NCBI GenBank assembly: GCA_963845755.1
Contig: CAWJTV010000041.1
Span: 704,001-768,000 of the forward strand
Reading direction: 5' to 3'
Source: an uncultured Planctomycetota bacterium
Lineage (GTDB): Bacteria > Planctomycetota > Planctomycetia > Isosphaerales > Isosphaeraceae
DNA: 64,000 nt
Shown piece after piece: positions 52,533 to 62,967 of the stretch. Each line of letters opens with the position of its first letter. Position 1 is the stretch's first letter. The position numbers were made by a program, and so were the translations under genes. A model generated the notes under the pieces. That model saw only the letters and a list, made by a program, of their open reading frames with translations. It was not told where the DNA came from and made no database searches.

Positions 52533-53432
52533 TCAAACCCTATGCCGCTTGGCCGGGACGCTGCGGAGGGCCTCGGCGAGGTTGCTCATCGACGCCCAGC
52601 GCTGATCCTTGCGGCGGGCGGTCAACTTCCTGAGGATCTGGCAGACCTCATCGGAGAGCTTGGGCTTGACGACGGCCGGATCGAGCGGCTCGGTGTTGAT
52701 CCGCTGGAGCATCATCGTGGTGGAGTTGTTCGCGTCGTACGGGAGCCGATCGGTCAGGAGCTCGAACGCCAGGACGCCGAAGGCGAAGATATCGATCCGT
52801 TCGTCGATGGGCTCGCGGCGCAGGAGTTCGGGGGCCATGTACTGCAAGGTCCCGGTCCGATTGCCCGGGCGGCAAAAGGCCGGCGTGTTCGGGACCGACA
52901 AGCCGAAATCAATGAGCTTGACCTGGTGCTCGCGATTGACGAGGAAATTCCGCGGGTTGATATCGTGGTGGATGAACCCCGCGGCATGGACGGCCGCCAA
53001 CCCCTCGGCCGCCTGGGCGAGCAACTCCACCTTATCAGCCGTCCGGCCCAAGCGGGCCTCCCGGATGTACTGGAGGCTCACACCGTCGATGTATTCCATC
53101 ACAAGGTAATGTTCGCCCTGAGTCGAGTTCCCGTACTCGAAGGTGCGAACGATGTGCGGATGGATGAACTGGCTGGCGATCTCGCCTTCGGGCGGGCGAG
53201 CCTGATGGGTCGAGGCCCGCGCCACCGCCGCCTGGTTCTTCTCGCGCAACTGGGTCTTCAGACAGACTGTCCGACCCGTCTGGTTGTCGATCGCGCGATA
53301 GACGCGCGACATGCTGCCGCGCACCGTCTCGGAGACCAGCGCGAACCGGCGCTGAAGGTTCGTGCGTCCACGATGACCCTTCGCTCCGCTGGACGGTCCC
53401 GGACTGAATATTTCTTTCAGCTTGCTGAGCAT
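52533..53432 (-). CDS. stand-alone Hanks-type protein kinase with atypical catalytic loop
   Basis: GSMSRVY, VCLK, HHDINPRN, IDFGL, GTLQYMAPE, DIFAFG. Confidence 0.85.
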   Translation of the reverse strand: MLSKLKEIFSPGPSSGAKGHRGRTNLQRRFALVSETVRGSMSRVYRAIDNQTGRTVCLKTQLREKNQAAVARASTHQARPPEGEIASQFIHPHIVRTFEYGNSTQGEHYLVMEYIDGVSLQYIREARLGRTADKVELLAQAAEGLAAVHAAGFIHHDINPRNFLVNREHQVKLIDFGLSVPNTPAFCRPGNRTGTLQYMAPELLRREPIDERIDIFAFGVLAFELLTDRLPYDANNSTTMMLQRINTEPLDPAVVKPKLSDEVCQILRKLTARRKDQRWASMSNLAEALRSVPAKRHRV

Positions 53433-53911
53433 CGAGATGCTCTCCTCGTGCTCATGAATCGATCAGGCATCGACCACACACCCGACGGTCGCGAATGCAA
53501 TACGACGCCGGGCCACCACAGGGAATCCATTCGGAGGCAACTGGGGCACTCCCTTCCCAGTGATCTCGGCAGCCCTGACCCGATCTCAACGGGTCCCCAA
53601 GGCATCCATCGCTTCGCCACTCAACCTCGGGGGCATGGCCGCGGTTTCCGATTCCCCGTACCCGTTCCCGTTGTGAGAGGAAACCAACCTCCCCATATCA
53701 ATCAGGCAAAGAGGACTTCGGCCCGAATGCCTGAATCTTACACGAGACCGGTGACTGCGGGAAACGATCCCTCCAATTCATGGGAGTTTGCGTTTCCCAT
53801 AGTCTACCCGAGATATTACGACGCTTGTGAGACCTTGTGACGTGATTTCTCGAAGAAAAAGCATTTCCCATGGATGGATGCCGGCATGCGTGCGTCCGGG
53901 AAGCCTGTGGA

Positions 53912-55561
53912 TCAGGGAAGGTAGCGAGGCGTATTCTGGCCGGGGACCGGGATGAGGCCGGCCGTGCGGGCGAGGATGCGTTCTTCGCCGGATTGATCGT
54001 GGAACCGGGCGACCAGCGAGATGGGGGGGGCGTGATCGGGCCAGTTCTCGTACTCCGAGGTCTGGAGCAGGACGTATCGGCTTTCGGAACCGGGCAGGTA
54101 ATTCAAGAAGCGAGGACTGGGCAACTGGCGAACGCGGCGGCCGATGAAGAAGGCGAGATCCTCAGGCCAGTCATGGAAGGTGTACAGGGACCACTTCCGG
54201 GGGATCCACTGGCCGATGGCGCGACCCCAGGGGCCTTGACTGTGGCGGTAATTCCACTCGGGGATATAGTAGCCCCAGTGGGCCAGCTTCAAGCCGATCG
54301 CCAGGAAGACCAGGGTGATCAATCCGCGACGGGGATTCCCGATCCCGAGGGCCGACCAGCCGAGGGCGATGACGACCAGCACCAGCAGGCTCATGGCGAT
54401 GCCGAGGTTGCGGTAATAGGGCATGGTCAGGTTCCAGACGAAGCATCCGCAGATCATCGCGATGAGCCAGAGGGCCAGGACGATCGAGAAGAGGGAGAAA
54501 AAGGTGCGGCGGGCGGCGCGCCCGAGCGTCAGGTCCCAGGCGGATTGGAGGCAGGCCGCGGCGCCGACGAGCAAGCCGGTCAGTGCGAGGATGCGCGCAG
54601 CCGGGCCAAGGCCCGGCACCAGGGTGCCAGCGATCAGGCTTGGCATCGCCGCCTGGAGCCAGCCGGTGACCCAGGCCCGGCCTTCTGCTGGCCAGGTCTC
54701 CCGGACCGCGCGGCTCCAGGCCAGGAGTGCAAAGGGAATCCAGGGCAGCCCCAGCAGGACGACGCTCGGTGCGAGCGACCAGGCCGGCGATTGGGTCAAC
54801 GGCAGTGCGAGCGACGCGGCCCAGAATTCGGCCGAGGTCATGCCGATCGTCATCGCCGACCAGATGATCGCCGTGCCCAGCGGCGGCAGGAGCAGACGGA
54901 GGGAGAAGCTTGAGCCGGGCCTTCCGATCACAATCACCGCCAGCCCGATCGCGACCAGGGGCGGCCATCCTCCGGCCAGGAACGCCAAGGACGCCCACAG
55001 CCCGGCTAGTGCGTCCGACCTCCGTCTCAGCAGGCGGTCGATCGTTCCCAGCAGGGCCAGCCCGAGGATCATATCGAGGCCCGCGCCGGCCGATCGATCG
55101 AAGAGGGCCAGGCTGCCGAACCAGCACAAGCCGAAAAGGATCGCAGCGCGGTTGCCGAGCGTCCGGGTTGTGCTCCAGGCCAGTATCAACCCGGCAACGA
55201 TCGCCGCGATGGCAGCCGGCCAGTGGACCGTGGCGGTGCTGGCACGACCACCCGCGCTGAGCCGGACCAGGCCGAGACTGGGCAGCACTTGCGCCGGCCA
55301 GAGGTCCGGCGCCCAGTAACCGAGGACCTGGCCCATCGGCCCGACCGACTCACGGGCCGCCAGGCCCAACCGTGCCTCCTGCCGGCCCGCGTCCTGGCCG
55401 ACGGCGCCGACGCCCACGAACAGCACCGCCAGCCCCACCAGCACGAGCCCCGTCCACCATCCGGAGGGGAGACTCGACAACGCCGGCGCGGCACTGTCCG
55501 CGCGGACCGCCCGTTTCGTCTGCGGTTGAGAGAGGGTCAACGTGGCCATTTCAGCATCCAT
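53912..55561 (-). CDS. ArnT/GT39-like polytopic membrane glycosyltransferase
   Basis: about 12-13 TM segments; QEAR loop, PWIPF, C-terminal periplasmic tail. Confidence 0.65.
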   Translation of the reverse strand: MDAEMATLTLSQPQTKRAVRADSAAPALSSLPSGWWTGLVLVGLAVLFVGVGAVGQDAGRQEARLGLAARESVGPMGQVLGYWAPDLWPAQVLPSLGLVRLSAGGRASTATVHWPAAIAAIVAGLILAWSTTRTLGNRAAILFGLCWFGSLALFDRSAGAGLDMILGLALLGTIDRLLRRRSDALAGLWASLAFLAGGWPPLVAIGLAVIVIGRPGSSFSLRLLLPPLGTAIIWSAMTIGMTSAEFWAASLALPLTQSPAWSLAPSVVLLGLPWIPFALLAWSRAVRETWPAEGRAWVTGWLQAAMPSLIAGTLVPGLGPAARILALTGLLVGAAACLQSAWDLTLGRAARRTFFSLFSIVLALWLIAMICGCFVWNLTMPYYRNLGIAMSLLVLVVIALGWSALGIGNPRRGLITLVFLAIGLKLAHWGYYIPEWNYRHSQGPWGRAIGQWIPRKWSLYTFHDWPEDLAFFIGRRVRQLPSPRFLNYLPGSESRYVLLQTSEYENWPDHAPPISLVARFHDQSGEERILARTAGLIPVPGQNTPRYLP

Positions 55562-55630
55562 GCGCCGCCTCCTTGCGGGGCTCCACCAGTGTGCGGTTGC
55601 GGTCAACCGCGATCAGCTCCCGAGATCGGT

Positions 55631-56263
55631 TTACTCGGTCGTGAAGTCAAGGGGTTTCTCCCGCGGGCTCTTGAGGGATTCCTCCGGCGCGCGGTTGCGG
55701 TCCACCAACATGTCCGCCTTGAGCAGCGAGGCCAGCGGCTTGGTCTTCACCATCGCGTAGATGTAACCTGGTACGAGTCCATAATGATAAGTCTGTCGCT
55801 CCAGTTCGCTCGCGACATCTTCCGGCGTCCATCCGTCGCGTTCGAAGCGATAGATCGCGACGGCCGCCCCTGTCCGGCAGGTCCCCCGGGCGCAGTGGAC
55901 CAGCGCCGGCCGGCGGGCCGGGTCGTCCAGGATCTTGAGGATCTCACGGAACTGCCATTCCTCACCGAGACCGTCGCCGGGCATCGGCAGGTTGACGAAG
56001 TCCACGCCGAGCCGGCGGCTCAAGGACCGCTCCGCCTTCATCTCCTCGCCCGGCCATTGGAGGTTGATCACCGTACGGATCCCATAACGCGTCACGGCCT
56101 CCCGGAGCTGGTCCCCCGAGAGCTGGCCACTCCGATAAAGGATGCCTCGCTTGACCTCATCCCAATGGTCCCAGACCAATTGACCGCGGCGGTCCATCGC
56201 AATCAGCCAGCCGGCGACGATGACGGCGGCCAGCGGAACCAGCCCGGAGAGCACTATTCGCAT
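55631..56263 (-). CDS. membrane-anchored dual-specificity/tyrosine phosphatase
   Basis: N-terminal TM; LYRSGQL, GIRTVINL, HCARGTCRTG (HCx5R). Confidence 0.85.
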   Translation of the reverse strand: MRIVLSGLVPLAAVIVAGWLIAMDRRGQLVWDHWDEVKRGILYRSGQLSGDQLREAVTRYGIRTVINLQWPGEEMKAERSLSRRLGVDFVNLPMPGDGLGEEWQFREILKILDDPARRPALVHCARGTCRTGAAVAIYRFERDGWTPEDVASELERQTYHYGLVPGYIYAMVKTKPLASLLKADMLVDRNRAPEESLKSPREKPLDFTTE

Positions 56264-56520
56264 CGACTAAGGTCCTACGCGGCCACGGGATGCCGATCGA
56301 TCGGCCCGGTTTGGTGGAATGACGGGGATTCCGGAGGCGGTGGACGACATGGAGCCTGGCTGTGGACACCCCATCACGGCGGCGAATGGTAGGATAGATC
56401 GAGTCCCCGGTCAATCCGAACCGACTCGGGCCGCCATGATTCGAGGAGTGTCCCCGCGTTGTCGTTGAGGGGTTCGTCCGATAGAATATGCGTGGAATCC
56501 CGTCGCCACGGAGTTGCACG

Positions 56521-57096
56521 ATGAGCATCCGCACAACCGCCCCGGCCCCCACGCGCCGGGCCACCTTGGACGATTTGATGAACGTCGAGGGGAAAGCTGA
56601 ATTGATTGGCGGGAGGATCGTCCACGACATGCCCACGGGTCACAAACCGAATCGGATCGCCGGCCGGATTTACCGCGGCTTGGACGATCATTCCGAGGCC
56701 ACAGGTCGCGGTTTTGCCTACACGGACAGCATGGGATTCGCCGTACCCGAGCTCCCTTCCGGGCGCGAATCCTTCTCACCCGACGCTTCCTTCTATATGG
56801 GACCGCCCCCAGACAATCCGATGCGGTTCATTGAGGGTCCACCCACTCTTGCCGTCGAAGTCCGGAGCGAGAACGATTACGGCGAGGCGGCCGAGGCGAG
56901 GATGGCCGCCAAGCGCGCCGACTACTTCCTGGCCGGCACAACGGTCGTCTGGGATGTGGACCCCCTCGCCGAATCCGTCCTGAAGTATCAGGCGACTTCG
57001 CCCGATCAGCCGATCCGATTCAACCGTGGCGATCAGGCCGATGCCGAACCGGCGGTGCCCGGCTGGCGTATTTCCGTAGATCGGGAATCGCCGTAA
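56521..57096 (+). CDS. Uma2-family endonuclease
   Basis: KAELIGGRIV, FSPDAS, PTLAVEVRS, KRADYFLAG, VWDVDP. Confidence 0.9.
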   Translation: MSIRTTAPAPTRRATLDDLMNVEGKAELIGGRIVHDMPTGHKPNRIAGRIYRGLDDHSEATGRGFAYTDSMGFAVPELPSGRESFSPDASFYMGPPPDNPMRFIEGPPTLAVEVRSENDYGEAAEARMAAKRADYFLAGTTVVWDVDPLAESVLKYQATSPDQPIRFNRGDQADAEPAVPGWRISVDRESP

Positions 57097-57143
57097 GTCC
57101 TTTGGCGATGGTCGGCGGTCCGACCGAGGAATAACGACTTACG
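57092..57143. repeat. CGTAAGTC...GACTTACG inverted repeat with inner hairpin
   Basis: 57092-57099 and 57136-57143; inner GGTCGG-CGGT-CCGACC. Confidence 0.5.
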
Positions 57144-57214
57144 CAAATAAGCACCTTTGCCATCCTAAAAAAACGATTGTTCTCACCGCTCGTACCTGCA
57201 CGGAACCATCAATC

Positions 57215-60200
57215 ATGCGTCGAGCTCATCCTCGCTGGCCGGTCGCGGCGTGCCTGCCGATCGTTGTCTCGCTGTTGGCCGGGCTCTTGCTCGTGCCGGC
57301 CGCCTCGTCGTTCGCCGATCCACCCCAGCCGAAGAAGAAGGATACGAGCGTTCGAGCGCGGTCGAAGTACGCGGTCCTCACGGCCTCCGTGGAACCCTCG
57401 GAGGCGAAACCGGGCGCGACCGTAACTTACAAAGTGACCGCGAAGCTCGACCCCGGCTACCACATCTACAAGTACGCAGGGAAGGCCCCGCCTGAGAGCT
57501 CGGGACCGATCTACACGACCTTTGATTTTTTCGATACGACCGGCCTGAAGGTCGATGGGGATTGGGCGGCCTCGAAGGAGCCGATCAAGCACAAGGAGCC
57601 GGCCTGGCCCGACATACCGTTCGTCGAGTATCACGAAGACGAGGTGACCTGGAGCATCAAGTTGAAGGTCCCCGAGGGGACGGAGCCGGGGAAGAAGGCC
57701 CTTCGGTCTCAAGTGGGCTACATGATCTGCAACGACCAGAGTTGCAGTCCTCCCTGCCGCTGGACCCTGGACGGTGGCGAGTTGACGATCCTCTCCGCCG
57801 GTGCCGATGCTCCTCAGCCCGAGAAAAAGGATTCAAGCGCGAACCTGACGGCCCTCTCCGCCGGTAGGGGTGCTCCCCAGCCTCAGAAGAAGGATTCCAA
57901 TGCTCGATTCAAACCGAAGGGCGCGGTGCTCACGACCTCCGTTGAACCTTCCGATGCGAAGCCAGGCGACACCGTAACCCTCAAGGTCACCGCGAAGCTC
58001 GATCCTTCGTATCACATCTACAAGTACGACAAGATAGCGCGGCCGCCGGGCGGAGGGCCGAGCTTCACGACCTTCGACATCTTCGACACGGCCGGTCTGG
58101 AGGTCGCGGGGGATTGGACGGCGTCGAGGGAGCCGAGCAAGCTCAAGGACCCGAACTTCCCGGACCTCGCCTTTGTCGAGTATTACCAAGACGAGGTGAC
58201 CTGGAGCATCCCGTTCAAAATTCCGGCCGATTCCCCAGCCGGCAAGAAAGCGCTCCGCCTCCAGGCCGGCTACATGGTCTGCAACGAAAAATCTTGCAGT
58301 GTGGATGGCCGGTGGACGTTGCCCGCAGCCGAGCTGACGATCCTCACGGCCACCGTCGGATCGGGGGCCACATCCGCACCGAAGCCGGTCGCGGCCACAC
58401 CCGCGCCCATGACGACTTCGCCCCCGTCGCCTCGGACCGATGCCGCTGATCGCTCCGGCGCTCCTGAATCCAGGACGGTGAGCACACCTCCCGCGGCGCC
58501 GGTCGGATCTGCCTCCAAAGTCGAGAGTGAAATCGCACAGACGGCCGCGAAAGGATTGATTCCCTTCCTGCTCGCCTCGGCGATCGGCGGCCTATTTGCG
58601 CTGGTGATGCCTTGCGTCTGGCCGATGGTGCCGGTCACGGTCAATTTCTTCGTGAAGCAGGGGCACGGGAAATCCGGTCGGGGCAAGACGACGGGCCTGG
58701 CCATCACCTACTGCCTCTCGATCATCGGAATCTTTACGGCGGTCGGTGTCCTGGTCTCGTTCCTCTTCTCCGCTTCAGCATTGCAAAACCTGGCGAATAC
58801 GTGGTGGCTCAACCTGATCGTCGCGGCCCTGTTCGTGCTCTTCGGGCTCAGCCTGCTGGGCTTGTTCGAGATCCGCCTACCGAGCTTCCTCTTGAACGCC
58901 TCAGCCCAGGGCGAGAGTCGCGGCGGCCTGGTCGGCGTCATCTTCATGGCGCTGACCTTGACGATCACATCGTTCACCTGCACTTTCCCGGTCGTCGGCG
59001 GCCTGCTGGTGATGGCCGCCAACGGCGACTTCTTCTATCCGATCGTCGGGCTGGCGACGTTCGCGACCGTGCTGGCGTTTCCATTCTTCCTGCTTGCCCT
59101 CTCGCCCAACCTGATCTCCAGGATGCCGCGCAGTGGCGACTGGATGAACGCCGTCAAGGTCGTCGGCGGCCTGGTCGAGATCGGTGCGGCCCTGAAGTTC
59201 ATCAATACGGCCGAACTGGCCTTCGTCACCCCGGAGGACGCCTGGTTCAATGCGCCGGTCGTCCTGACGAGCTGGATCGCCCTTTCGCTGGTCTGCGGCC
59301 TCTACCTCCTGGGCGTGTTCCGGACGGAACACGATCATGACGAGGTGAAAGTCGGCCCAGGGCGTCTCGTCTTCGGCGCAGCGTTTCTGGGATTGGCCCT
59401 GTTCCTCTTGCCCGCCCTTTTTGGACATGTGCCACAGAGCCAGGTCTGGAACCGGCTGGTGGCCGGACTGTTGCCGCCGGATTCCACCAGCTTCTATGCA
59501 CCGACCCAGGTCGCCGGCGCAAGCGGCGAGGCGAAGGCCACCTCCAGCGACCCGGCGCAGGCAGAACGCGAACAGAAGAACTTCCACGGCGTCCTCTGGG
59601 GAATGAGCCTCGAACAGGCCCGCGAACAGGCGGCGACCGAGAAAAAGCCGATCCTGATCGACTTCACCGGCGTCAACTGTGCCAACTGCCGGCAGATGGA
59701 ATCCGGCGTCTTCCGGCGCCGGGAGATCGTGTCGCTCCTCGGGAAATTCGTGACCGTCCAGCTTTACACGGATTACGTGCCGATTAATTCGATCACCGCC
59801 GAGCAACGTGAGGCGCGCGCCGAGATCAACCAGAATCGTGAGCTGGACCTGGCCAAGGAGTCGACGAATCCTTTCTATGTCATCATGTCACCCAGCGGGG
59901 AGGTGATCGACCGGATCGGCGGTTATAACGAGCCGAAGGTCTTCGCGGATTTCCTCCAGAGGTCGCTCGAAAAGTTCGCCAATCTGGACAAGGTCACGCC
60001 CGCCGATTCCCCGGTACGCGTCGGTGGGATGGCCGAGGAGACGGGCGCGGGCCTCCCGCCAGCCGGGGAGACAGAAACCTTCGTCGCGGTGAAAGCCACC
60101 TCCAAGGACCCGGTCCAGGCGGAGCGGGAGGAAAAGCTAGTCAACGGGGCTCTGGGGATTGAGCTATGACCAGGCTCTTGAGCGAGCCGCGGCCGAGAAG

Positions 60201-60611
60201 AAACCGATCTTGATCGACTTCAGCGGTTCGAATTGCGTGTGCTGTTTTCGGATGAAGCGGGACGTGTTCCCGCGTCCGGAAGTCGTGGCGCTCCTCAGGG
60301 AGTTCGTGCCCCTCAAGCTTTACGTCGACATGGTCCCCATTTATTCCATCCCCCACGAAGAGCGTGCCCGGCTCGCCAAGATCAACCAGGATCGCCTGCG
60401 GCGGCTGGACCCGGCCGGGAGGAATCCGTTATATCTCGTGCTCTCCCCTCGCGGCGAAGTCATCGAGACGAGCTCGGGTTATCAAAAGGCCCCCGTCTTC
60501 ACGCAGTTCCTGCGGACGGCCTTGGCGAAGTTCCCCGAGACCGTCAAGGTCGCCGAGGCCAGTGGGTCCGCCAGGCCGGCCTCGGGAGACCTGGGATTGG
60601 GTCAGAAGTAA
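57215..60611 (+). CDS. expanded DsbD/CcdA-type disulfide reductase (2 Ig-like + TM + 2 thioredoxin domains; indel near 60150)
   Basis: duplicated YHIYKY...ICNDQSC / VCNEKSC domains; MPCVWP and FTCTFP TM Cys; IDFTGVNCANC and IDFSGSNCVCC. Confidence 0.85.
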
Positions 60612-60686
60612 ACCGGCGATGATCGGCGATCGTGCCTTTGGGCTGCGAACGATTCCTCGTCACCACCACCAGCATCGCAAATCCGC

Positions 60687-61709
60687 TCACCGGCTCCCGC
60701 GATAGAGCGGCTCCTTCCCCAGTTGCTGGCGGACGTGTTCGACCTGGAGCGGGTCATTCACCGGGTAGTGGGGCACGACGCCATCGAGGACGCCGAGGAC
60801 TTCCTGGGCGATCGTGGTGGCCATGTTCCGGAGGGCTTCTTCGGTCTGTGCCGCGCTATGGGGGGTGAGCAATACATCGCGACGGCCGATCAAGGGGTGG
60901 CCGGGTTCGGGCGGCTCGACGGTGAAGACATCCGCGCCGTAACCCCAGAGTCGGCCGGCGTCGAGGGCCGCGGCGACGGCGGGCTCATCGACCACGGGCC
61001 CGCGGCTGGCATTGATGAGGATTGCGTCGGGACGCATCAGCGCCAGGGTCTCCGGATTGATCATCCTCCGGGTGCTGGAGTCGAGCGGGACGTGCAAGGT
61101 CACGTAATCGGAGGTCGCCAGCAATTCGCGCAGGCCCAACCGCCGACCGGCGCAACGGCGCTCGACCTCTTCGGGCGGATCGACGATGTCGTTATAAAGG
61201 ACTTTCATGCCGAACCCCAGGTGAGCGATCTCGCCCACTCGGCGGCCGATCCGACCGAACCCGATGATCCCGATCGTCTTGCCGGCGATCTCGCGCCCCG
61301 TCATGCTGGTCCGGGCGTGATAATTCCCGGCGATCAGCTCCGCGGCCATCGGCGTGAAGTGCTTGGAAACGCCGATCATCAGCGCAAAGACGTGCTCGGC
61401 AACGCTCTGCGTATTAGCACCCGGTGTATAGACGACCTGGATGCCCCGGGCCGTTGCCGCATCGACGTCGATCTGGTCGTAGCCGACTCCATGACGCCCG
61501 ACGACGAGGAGGTCTTTTCCTCGTTCCAGCAGCGCAGCATCGATCACGCCGCCCGTGCGGATGATCAACGCATCGGCTCCCTCGACCTCGCGTTGCAACG
61601 TGGTCGCATCGAGAGCGCTGGCCATTCGAAGCGCGCCCGCCTCGCGGAGGAGCTGAAGTCCCGATTCGTGCATGCCGGTCAAGGAAAAGATGTTCGGACG
61701 GCGGTTCAT
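60687..61709 (-). CDS. D-isomer-specific 2-hydroxyacid dehydrogenase (SerA-like, no ACT domain)
   Basis: RHGVGYD, NTQSVAEH, GIIGFGRIG, LHVPL, NASRG, DVF..EP, TPH. Confidence 0.9.
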   Translation of the reverse strand: MNRRPNIFSLTGMHESGLQLLREAGALRMASALDATTLQREVEGADALIIRTGGVIDAALLERGKDLLVVGRHGVGYDQIDVDAATARGIQVVYTPGANTQSVAEHVFALMIGVSKHFTPMAAELIAGNYHARTSMTGREIAGKTIGIIGFGRIGRRVGEIAHLGFGMKVLYNDIVDPPEEVERRCAGRRLGLRELLATSDYVTLHVPLDSSTRRMINPETLALMRPDAILINASRGPVVDEPAVAAALDAGRLWGYGADVFTVEPPEPGHPLIGRRDVLLTPHSAAQTEEALRNMATTIAQEVLGVLDGVVPHYPVNDPLQVEHVRQQLGKEPLYRGSR

Positions 61710-61780
61710 GGAGTTTCTCGCTGGCGGTGCTGGTCTTGTCGAAGCGATCCGGTCGGGGGATTATACATTCCGTGAAACAC

Positions 61781-61844
61781 GTAGGTCAGGCTTTCCAGCC
61801 TGACGGATCAGATACGAGGAGCCAAACTCGAAAGCCTGACCGAC
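61781..61844. repeat. REP-like element
   Basis: GTAGGTCAGGCTTTCCAGCCTGAC ... GAAAGCCTGACCGAC. Confidence 0.6.
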
Positions 61845-62074
61845 ATGGCCGACCGGAACAGCCGAGTCCCTGAGAACGTCCCCGGGCGATTCTACGTCAA
61901 CGCCACGTGCATCGACTGCGACCTCTGCCGCGAGACCGCGCCCGGAACTTCCGGCGCAACGATGAGGGCCGGCGCAGCTACGTCGCTTACCAGCCAGGCG
62001 GACCGGAGGAGGAATCCGCCTGCCTGGACGCCCTGGAGGAATGTCCCGTCGAGGCCATCGGCCGCGAGGAATGA
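61845..62074 (+). CDS. ferredoxin (indel near 61945)
   Basis: ENVPGRFYVNATCIDCDLCRETAP...ALEECPVEAIG. Confidence 0.85.
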
Positions 62075-62335
62075 GCCGCGACTCGGCCCGGTCCTGCGAT
62101 TATGACGTAACGCCTTATGATGCCTGAAGTTCGGGTGTCCAAACGGTGGCACAAGTTGGCACCCATTATCAACAATTCGGCAAGTCTCCCCCTGCCTGGC
62201 TCACGGTTCTCGACCCCCGTGCGAGGGTCGGCCGGCCTGCCCATCCGCTTGATTCTTGGTCCACAACAAGGAACGGACGCTCTCTATAAGACGGGTCCCC
62301 CGCAGCGAGCGACGCGGGAGAGTTCACGCGCACAA

Positions 62336-62447
62336 AGCCTTATACCTATTAGGATGCCGCAACTTTGAAAATCCGTTAATGCACCTATGGCGAACTTGAC
62401 ACATTTTCTCGGCGCAAACCTGGGCAGAACCAGGAGATAAAAATTTC
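62336..62447. repeat. conserved ~110 bp non-coding element, copy 2
   Basis: TTAGGATGCCGCAACTTT at 62349-62366; ends GGAGATAAAAATTT like copy 1. Confidence 0.6.
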
Positions 62448-62512
62448 ACAAAAATTTTTTCAATGGGAGACTGCGCAGGACGTGGAGGTATCGATTTCGC
62501 CGCTTGTGAGGG

Positions 62513-62722
62513 TTATGCTTGGCGGCCCGCGAACGAATCCGATTGCGAACCCAACTCTTTCGTAGGATCGGCACATTTTTCAATGCCGAGGTACAACTCG
62601 AAGGTTGTGTTGCTGGAAATCGCGCATTCGGCCGGCGCCACGGTAGCCAGGCGTTGCAGCAGCACAGGTGCGCAATGGCGCATCGCGGCGGTGCACGTAT
62701 TCGTATCGAGCAAGTCGCGCAT
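62513..62722 (-). pseudogene. truncated VapC/PIN-domain toxin
   Basis: LLDTNTC...AISSNTTFELYLGIEK; C-terminal PIN motifs absent. Confidence 0.65.
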
Positions 62723-62967
62723 GCGCCATTCAATCCAGTTTGGGAGCAGGCGGAACCTGACCCTGGGACGGACGTTCGAAACTCAGGTCGAATCCAGCGG
62801 CGAGGCACGTCGCGGGCGACCATCGCCGAGGAGGCGGGACGACCCGTGAATACGAGGTGCGCCTCCGTTTCGGGTCCACGCGTCAGTGGGTTGGAGGCGA
62901 AGCCTCGCTGGGTTCCTGAGCCTCTTGATCTGGACCCATGGGACCGTTTCCGAGTCGAGGCTGGAGT

